A DNA stretch of 40,877 nt from an uncultured Bifidobacterium sp. (GTDB lineage Bacteria; Verrucomicrobiota; Verrucomicrobiia; Limisphaerales; JADLHS01): positions 1 to 40,877 of the forward strand of contig CAYHFK010000002.1 in assembly GCA_964355895.1 (NCBI GenBank), in the 5' to 3' direction. Position 1 is the first letter of the stretch; each line of letters begins with the position of its first letter. Both the position numbers and the translations under genes were made by a program. Positions 34,737-40,877 of this stretch are shown in pieces. The notes below the pieces were generated by a model. That model searched no databases, was not told the DNA's origin, and saw only the letters and a list, made by a program, of their open reading frames with translations.

Positions 34737-37700
34737 TCATGGAAACTCTGCGACAAGGCGGTAGTAGGCGTGGCCGGACGGCGAATCGGGATCCGCCAGA
34801 GCCACTTGACCGTCGGCTTCGGGAATGGCGGTGGCGACACGAACCCACGTTCCGGCGTTCAAGTCCGCCCGGCGCTCGAGGCCATACTGACGGCCGGCGA
34901 CGCCCGTAAAGTTGAGCGTCGCCCCGTCGCTGCTTGCCACGAGGCTTTCCACGCGCAACGCCGAGTTCGCTTTCGTCGGGTCGGTTTGGGCGATGTATTC
35001 CTGCAAGTTGGTGAAACCGTCATGGTCGCAATCGCCATTCGCGTCAGGCACCAATGGATTCAAGCAGGAAGGATACAGCGCCTCCCAAAAATCCGGCATT
35101 CCGTCGCCGTCGGTATCGGTCGGAAGCTGAACGACCTGGCTGGCGGAAAACTCGGACGTGCCGCGAACCGGATCGGCCGCCGTGGAAGCGACGAGCCAGC
35201 CTTTGGGCGACGTGCGCGGGAGCACCGAGTCGTACGAACCAATGCCGCTGCTATCAAGCGGCACGTTGACGGTCCCCACCCACATCTCGCCTTCGCCTTG
35301 CGCCCCAGCCTTGGGACGGTGCGCGTAAAAGTGCAGGCGCAACATTTGATTGGCCTGACCGTTGACGTTGCCTCGGACGTGGGTGCTGCCCTTGATGGCG
35401 CTGGTGATCTGCGGCGCTCCTTGATTTTGCGGATCGAAGACGCGCTCGACGGCCTTCACCGCGTTGGAGGCGGTGTTGTTGATTTCGATGAGGATGCGGT
35501 CGCCCGTTCCGACTTTGCTGACGCCGCTGCCGCCGTTGCGGACAATCTGGTTGGCCTGGGCCAGGGTCGTGCCTCCAATGGTGACGGACGATACGTTGGT
35601 ACCGAGGCGGATGCCACTTCCTGCGTTTTGATAGATTTGATTGTTCTCGACGACTTGCACCGACCCATCCGCGATCACGGACGGATCCTGGGTGAATTCC
35701 ACCCCCGCGCCGCCATTGAACGCGATGGTGTTGCCCATGATCACGGTGGTATTCGACGTGGCCGTTGCGGCAAAACCGGCGGAGAAATGCACCTTCACCG
35801 CAGAGAGATCGTTGGACAACGATGTGGCGCCGCTGAAATCGGCGCCGATGGTGGAATTGACGATGCGGAGTTGTGGTGAATCAATCGCTTCGATTCCATA
35901 TTTGCCGCAACCGCCGATAACGAGCCCTTCCGCCTCTCCGCCAGCGTCATTACCCACGGTCAGATTTCTGGTGGAGATGGCGGTGATGCCGTTGCCGCCG
36001 ATGGGCAGGCGATTCGTACCGGTGGCGTCCGTGCCGAAGAGGTTGGCGAAGATCTGGACATTCGTCATGGACTGAAACGTGACCGCATTGGACGAGATGC
36101 CGGCGAAGATGTTGCGCGCGAGCCCGCCAAGGTTGAGGCCGCTCGAACGTTCGCTGATCAATCCATTGAGCATGTTGCCAACCTGGCTGGTCCCATCCGC
36201 GCCCAATCCAAAGTAGCAGTTGAGCACGCTGCTGACGTTGGTGCCAATGCCGGAAAGCTCGCGGAAGAACGCTCCGTTCGTCGCGCAAATCACGCTGAGA
36301 AAACTGCCGGAGCCGACGGTGAGGTTCTGTCCCTGCTCGGCGAGGATGCCCGTGCCGACCGGCACACTCGTGTTGCCGCTGCGGTCCGTGCCGATGTAGT
36401 TGCCGAGAAGCTGGACGTTCGTCGTCCCTAACAGCGTGATCGCGTTGGACGAAATGCCGCCAAAGACGTTGCGCGTACTCCCTCCGATAATGAAACTGTC
36501 CAAAGCTTCGCCGAACAGCCCGTGAACCATGTTGCCCACCTTGCTGGTTCCGTTCGCTCCCACTCCAAAGTTGCAGTTGAGCACGCTACTGACGTTGCTG
36601 AACAGGCCGCTGACGTTGGTAAGCTGGCCGATAACGCCGCGAAGAAACACTCCGTTCGTTGCGCAAATCACGCTGAGCGAATTGCTGGAGCCGATGGTGA
36701 GACCGCGTGCCTGCTCGGCGGCGATGCCCGTGCCGACCGGCAGACTGGTATTGCCAGTCCGATCCGTGCCGATGAAATTGCCAAGAACCTGGGTGTTCGT
36801 CGTTTCCAGTAAAGTGATTGCGTTGGACGAAATGCCGCCGAAGACGTTGCGCGAACTCCCGCCGATGCTGACGTTTTCCGAATGTTCGACCAACAGCCCG
36901 TTGAGCATATTCCCCAACTGGCTGGTCCCGTTCGCCCCCAACCCAAAATTGCAGTTGAGCACGTTGATCATGTTCGTGCCAATGCCGGAAAGGTCGGCGA
37001 CCATGCCCTTAAGGTTGCGGAGGAACACTCCGTTCGTCGCGCAAATCACGCTGAGAAAACTGCCGGAGCCGACGGTGAGGCCCTGCCCCTGCTCGGCGAC
37101 GATGCCCGTGCCGACCGGCACACTCGTGTTGCCGCTGCGGTCCGTGCCGATGTAATTGCCGAGAACCTGGGTGTTCGTCGTTTCCAGCAACGTAATCGCG
37201 TTGGACGAGATGCCGCCAAAGACGTTGCGCGAATTTCCGCCAATGCTGACGTTATCCGAATGTTCGACCAACAGCCCGTTGAGCATATTTCCCACCTTGC
37301 TGGTCCCGTTTGCCCCCAACCCAAAATTACAGTTGAGCACACTGATGATGTTCGTGCCAATGCCGGAAAGGTCGGCGACCATACCCTTAATGTTGCGGAG
37401 GAACACTCCGTTCGTCGCGCAAATCACGCTGAGAAAACTGCCGGAGCCGACGGTGAGGCCCTGCCCCTGCTCAGCGACGATGCCCGTACCGACCGGCAGG
37501 TTCCGGTTGCCGGTTTGATCCGTGCCGATGTAGTTGCCGAGAACCTGGGTGTTCGTCGTTTCCAGCAACGTGATCGCGTTGGACGAGATGCCGCCAAAGA
37601 CGTTGCGCGAACTCCCGCCAATGTTGAATCCGCCGGAATGTTCAAGCTGGAGGCCATTGACGGTTCCGCCCAGGGAGAAGTTGCCGTTGGCGTTAAGTCC

Positions 37701-40532
37701 GACAAAACAGTTCACGATGCGGCCCACATCCAGATTGCGGATAATTACCGCCGTAGCAGAGTTGAGGACGCTGGCGAGGCCGGGGGTTCCAACCGCCAGC
37801 CCGGTGACCTGCTCCGCCAACAGACCGGCCTGGCCGTTGGGCAGGCTCGCGTTGCCATCGGGAGTCGTGCCGACGAAGTTGGCGCGGATCTCGATGTCGG
37901 AAGAGTTGGTGATGGAGATCCCGTCGGTGAGGTTGGCGGAAACGACGTTCCGGTCGGCTGGAATAAGGCCGCCCACGATGTTGCTCAAAGAATTCATCAT
38001 CAGGAGACCGATGCCGTTGCCCAGGCCGGCCGTGCCGTTCGCGTCCGTGCCGAGAATGTTGCCGGTGATGGTATGGGACAACCCGCCCTGAATGAGTATG
38101 CCCGCGCGTTGAAATTGATTGATGACCAGGCCGCGGATCACGCAATTGCTCGTCCCGAGGTGCAGTCCGTCAACCGCACCCGCCAGCAGTCCACTCACAC
38201 CCACGCGACTGCTGCTGGGTTGCGTGGTGCCGTCAATCACGAGCGGTTCGGTGATTTCCGGCAACGCCGCGGTCGGCGAAATCGTGACCGATCCGCCCGA
38301 CTCGATGTTGAACTCGATGATGTCCTTGCCCGCTCTGCGGTTGGCGAAATCAATGGCGCAACGCAGCGTGGTTTGCAGGCCGGGCGCGTTGAGGTCCACG
38401 TCCGGCAGGTCGTCGGTCAGATTGGCATCCGGTTCATCGCCGGAGGAATTGACGATGATTTCGTTCAGGACGTCGGCGGCCAGCTTCACGACATCCCAAG
38501 CGTTCGTCGTACCGAGGGTTTTGCCGGTGAAAACAATTTCCCGGCGGCTGCCTGAAACCAACGCATTAACGCCGCGCAATTCCACCGTCAGATCAACAAA
38601 GTCTCCGCTGGCAAGCGTGCCGACATTCAATCCCCCACCGGTGATGAGCGCGGAGACGTCGCTCGCGCCCTGTTTGTAAGTTGCCAGCCAGCCAGGGTCG
38701 CCGCTCGCCACGGCTTGCACGGTGAGTTCGCGCGAGCGCTCGCTGTCGTTTTGCACGCGAACATTGAACGCCGCCGTTTCAGTCGGTTGAATCCGGGTTA
38801 CCCGGGTTTGCGAGGCGACCGGCTCCTCGAAGTAGAGGTCATTGCCCTTCCACGCCACGTCGTTGGTGCGGCGCACCCAGAGGTCGGCTTGATCAAGCAC
38901 CTTGAGCACAGCACTTTCGGCAAGGGTGCTGTTGTTGGTGCCCGCGTTGCCTTGCGCCACCCAGATGCCGGTGGTCTGGTTGGTGAAGCGGAAAGTCCAC
39001 ACCCATTCATTGGTCGCGCCGGGCAACCACGAATTGCTGCTGACCAGCGTTGGGCCGCTGAGGATGTTCGGCGTGCCGGGGCCAGCCCAATGCAACACTG
39101 GCGTGCCGGGCGAGGTGAGCGTGGCGGTGAAGGCGTTTTGCAATCGCAAGTGTACCTTGTTCGTTGCGCCGGGAGCGGATTTTTCACTGTCGAGCGCGAT
39201 TGACGCCACAAGTTTGGGACGGAAGAGCAAAAGCACGTGGTCGTAATCAATCACCGAAACGTAGGAGGCAAGTGCGCGCACCAGCATTTCGCCCCGATCA
39301 TTAAAACCCCTCGGCGCGTGAAGGGCAAGCCAGCCGCGGTTTTGAGGGTCCTCGCCGAGCTCGGCGTACCAAGGGCTGTCACCGGTGTATGCGTTTATGT
39401 AACTGGAAGTGTCAGCCAACTGTTCCAGCGGCCAGCTCTGGCCGCGTTGCCAGAGGAAACCGTTCGTGGCCATGCCATCGATGCCGGGCGTGAGGAGCGC
39501 CTGCCCGCGGTTATTGATGAAGATTCGCGCCGTGACGGGCAACGGGGTGCTGCTCGATCCGGTGTAGCCGGTCATTGTGGGGCCGATTTCGTGCAAGCCC
39601 GACGACAACCCATGCGCCGCCGCCGGCAGATGAATGAAAGGCCGGACGCCCCCAAATTGCGTGCCGGTGACGCCGACAATTTCGCCCGCATCGTTGATGC
39701 CGTGGGTCTGGGAATATCCCCCCAGGCTGCCGACTGGACCAAAGTCAATCGGCGTCGTGCCATAGGTGGCCGTGAAGCCGCGAAACGGCGTCGTGGCCGG
39801 TGGCGCATCGGCCGCGCGATACACCCCGCAACACATCCCGTTGCTGTTCATTGAGAGCACATACGCTCGCGTGGTGGCTTCCGGAAAGATCGGCAGCCAC
39901 GCGTTGGCAGCCGCAGACCATAAGCCGGCGCGCGATACGGACGTCGCCGGCGGACCACCAGGGACACCCCAGCCCTCATACAAAACGTACTCAAAGGCGA
40001 TGTCCCCGCGCTCGTTGACCCCATGAACCGAATAAGGACTTCGCAACCGACCTTGAACCAGCGCTTCGTCCATGCAGGAAATCCACTGATAACCATCCCA
40101 CCAACGCAGTTGCCTGGAGAGGCCACTTGCCCAGTCGGTTCCCTGCGCGATACCGGCGAACCGGCCATCGCTGGTGACACCCGTTCCGATTGGCCCCGAG
40201 CCCGCCCAATCACCATCTAACAGCAGCGAAGTCCCGGCGGGGCGACCAAACTGCGCTTCCGGCTGCCACAGCCGGGTGCGATAACCAAATGGAGCACCAA
40301 ACGGGGGAGTTGTACTGTAAACCACCTGTGAGTTGGCGCCCAAACCAGTCGGATACGGCCATGTCTCGGTAGATGTATCCGCAGGTGGGTAATGCGCCCG
40401 CACCACCTCCACGATCTGGTAAGACGGACACAACCAGGACGGCTCAGCCATGGTCTGGATGATGGGTCCACACAACGCTGCGCCCAGGCACAAAACAGGC
40501 CGCCATTGAAGAAGATGTGATTTCATGTCCAA
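34737..40532 (-). CDS. 1931-aa secreted multidomain protein with a long right-handed beta-helix (adhesin/surface-protein-like)
   Basis: It has a signal-like N-terminus. Its first ~480 aa carry HAF-like repeats (GVNERGDIAF, GINDAGEIVGV, GFNDRGEMLV). A CSLREA-like block, TLRCAIDFANRR, follows. There are many G-x-x-I/V-G-x-N/D beta-helix turns, including five ~126-aa tandem units. Near the C-terminus there is a Ca-binding-like DTDGDGMPDFWE...DANGDCDHDGFTNLQEY segment, and the protein ends in a domain finishing YYRLVAEFP. Confidence 0.85.
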   Translation of the reverse strand: MDMKSHLLQWRPVLCLGAALCGPIIQTMAEPSWLCPSYQIVEVVRAHYPPADTSTETWPYPTGLGANSQVVYSTTPPFGAPFGYRTRLWQPEAQFGRPAGTSLLLDGDWAGSGPIGTGVTSDGRFAGIAQGTDWASGLSRQLRWWDGYQWISCMDEALVQGRLRSPYSVHGVNERGDIAFEYVLYEGWGVPGGPPATSVSRAGLWSAAANAWLPIFPEATTRAYVLSMNSNGMCCGVYRAADAPPATTPFRGFTATYGTTPIDFGPVGSLGGYSQTHGINDAGEIVGVTGTQFGGVRPFIHLPAAAHGLSSGLHEIGPTMTGYTGSSSTPLPVTARIFINNRGQALLTPGIDGMATNGFLWQRGQSWPLEQLADTSSYINAYTGDSPWYAELGEDPQNRGWLALHAPRGFNDRGEMLVRALASYVSVIDYDHVLLLFRPKLVASIALDSEKSAPGATNKVHLRLQNAFTATLTSPGTPVLHWAGPGTPNILSGPTLVSSNSWLPGATNEWVWTFRFTNQTTGIWVAQGNAGTNNSTLAESAVLKVLDQADLWVRRTNDVAWKGNDLYFEEPVASQTRVTRIQPTETAAFNVRVQNDSERSRELTVQAVASGDPGWLATYKQGASDVSALITGGGLNVGTLASGDFVDLTVELRGVNALVSGSRREIVFTGKTLGTTNAWDVVKLAADVLNEIIVNSSGDEPDANLTDDLPDVDLNAPGLQTTLRCAIDFANRRAGKDIIEFNIESGGSVTISPTAALPEITEPLVIDGTTQPSSSRVGVSGLLAGAVDGLHLGTSNCVIRGLVINQFQRAGILIQGGLSHTITGNILGTDANGTAGLGNGIGLLMMNSLSNIVGGLIPADRNVVSANLTDGISITNSSDIEIRANFVGTTPDGNASLPNGQAGLLAEQVTGLAVGTPGLASVLNSATAVIIRNLDVGRIVNCFVGLNANGNFSLGGTVNGLQLEHSGGFNIGGSSRNVFGGISSNAITLLETTNTQVLGNYIGTDQTGNRNLPVGTGIVAEQGQGLTVGSGSFLSVICATNGVFLRNIKGMVADLSGIGTNIISVLNCNFGLGANGTSKVGNMLNGLLVEHSDNVSIGGNSRNVFGGISSNAITLLETTNTQVLGNYIGTDRSGNTSVPVGTGIVAEQGQGLTVGSGSFLSVICATNGVFLRNLKGMVADLSGIGTNMINVLNCNFGLGANGTSQLGNMLNGLLVEHSENVSIGGSSRNVFGGISSNAITLLETTNTQVLGNFIGTDRTGNTSLPVGTGIAAEQARGLTIGSSNSLSVICATNGVFLRGVIGQLTNVSGLFSNVSSVLNCNFGVGANGTSKVGNMVHGLFGEALDSFIIGGSTRNVFGGISSNAITLLGTTNVQLLGNYIGTDRSGNTSVPVGTGILAEQGQNLTVGSGSFLSVICATNGAFFRELSGIGTNVSSVLNCYFGLGADGTSQVGNMLNGLISERSSGLNLGGLARNIFAGISSNAVTFQSMTNVQIFANLFGTDATGTNRLPIGGNGITAISTRNLTVGNDAGGEAEGLVIGGCGKYGIEAIDSPQLRIVNSTIGADFSGATSLSNDLSAVKVHFSAGFAATATSNTTVIMGNTIAFNGGAGVEFTQDPSVIADGSVQVVENNQIYQNAGSGIRLGTNVSSVTIGGTTLAQANQIVRNGGSGVSKVGTGDRILIEINNTASNAVKAVERVFDPQNQGAPQITSAIKGSTHVRGNVNGQANQMLRLHFYAHRPKAGAQGEGEMWVGTVNVPLDSSGIGSYDSVLPRTSPKGWLVASTAADPVRGTSEFSASQVVQLPTDTDGDGMPDFWEALYPSCLNPLVPDANGDCDHDGFTNLQEYIAQTDPTKANSALRVESLVASSDGATLNFTGVAGRQYGLERRADLNAGTWVRVATAIPEADGQVALADPDSPSGHAYYRLVAEFP
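36030..37866. repeat. tandem coding repeats (periods 357, 378, 378, 378, ~345 bp) within the giant gene
   Basis: The anchor cgtgccga recurs at 36030, 36387, 36765, 37143, 37521 and 37866. The protein units (GGxSRNVFGGISSNAITLLETTNTQVLGNYIGTD...LNCNFGLGANGTS...) are about 90% identical between the central copies, by my eye estimate. Confidence 0.85.
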
Positions 40533-40728
40533 GTTTGAGGAAACTCATACCACAACCCGCGAGCGAATGCGACACGAACCGCAGTGGACCTGACTCGTCG
40601 GGTGTTTCCGCCAAGGCGATGCTGTTTGCCTCGCCATTTGTTTACGGCGAAAAACCGAAGCTCAGTTTCACCGCCGAATACTCCGGGTGAATCTTGCCTT
40701 CGCGCGGCCAGCCGACAATCGGTCGGGC

Positions 40729-40877
40729 TTACTGGGAAATGAGGCGGAAGTAGCGGCTGCCGGCGGCGGGCGGGACGATGACCTGGTTCTGGCTGTTGGT
40801 GACGTTCACGGAGTTGGTCACGCTCGTCCAAGTTCCCGTGACAAGGTTGGTGTTTTGTTGAAGTACGAAGCCGGTGA
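40729..40877 (-). CDS. 3' end of a gene running off the right edge; it encodes the same C-terminal domain type as 34347-34560
   Basis: Hand translation of the minus strand gives ...TGFVLQQNTNLVTGTWTSVTNSVNVTNSQNQVIVPPAAGSRYFRLISQ*, with the TAA stop at the complement of 40729-40731. It shares the identical stretch gttggtcacgctcgtccaagttcccgtga with 34431-34459. Confidence 0.6.
   Translation of the reverse strand, partial: TGFVLQQNTNLVTGTWTSVTNSVNVTNSQNQVIVPPAAGSRYFRLISQ

Noticed and set aside
36030-37866. Possible CRISPR-like or non-coding repeat array
   Set aside because: The units are 357-378 bp, contiguous with no spacers, and keep one long reading frame open. They are therefore coding tandem repeats. 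No CRISPR array was seen anywhere in the window.
34722-38555. Plus-strand ORFs 34722..35879 (385 aa), 36882..38555 (557 aa) and several others of 100-200 aa
   Set aside because: They are antisense or off-frame to the 1931-aa gene. They repeat only because the underlying DNA is repetitive.

Overview
This is a 40.9-kb high-GC bacterial chromosomal segment. The gene and repeat style suggests a PVC-group or Verrucomicrobia-like organism, but that is only a guess. All family assignments come from reading motifs by eye, not from database searches.

Content from left to right:
- The 5' part of thymidine phosphorylase (deoA, minus strand).
- A visibly lower-GC two-gene Type II restriction-modification cassette (660-3193), wedged between deoA and the acpP-fabF fatty-acid genes.
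- A NUDIX hydrolase.
- A queE / class-III aminotransferase / rsmA operon with palindromic and heptanucleotide repeats lying inside the reading frames.
- A thioredoxin-like gene.
- ilvB, preceded by a Val-rich leader peptide plus terminator (an attenuator).
- Assorted genes: a DUF1080-like secreted protein, a hypothetical secreted protein, a GT9 heptosyltransferase, a metallophosphoesterase, an acylphosphatase, an orphan HlyD-type adaptor and a small XRE HTH protein.

The main item follows tRNA-Thr(CGU) at 18001-18075. It is a ~14-kb same-strand block (18431-31959) containing:
- a DUF499-type ATPase
- a DUF3780-like protein
- a DUF1016/YhcG PD-(D/E)xK nuclease
- a DUF1156-type DNA methyltransferase
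- an AlbA_2/Schlafen-like HATPase-wHTH protein
- a PLD-nuclease/SNF2 helicase whose reading frame is broken once

I read this as a multi-component, methylation-linked defence-type system with embedded accessory genes and its own repeat-rich control region.

To the right lie a Uup-like ABC-F ATPase, an orphan C-terminal-domain fragment, a 1931-aa secreted beta-helix protein with five 357-378-bp tandem coding repeats, and the 3' end of a paralogous gene.

No rRNA, CRISPR array, transposase or integrase was seen.
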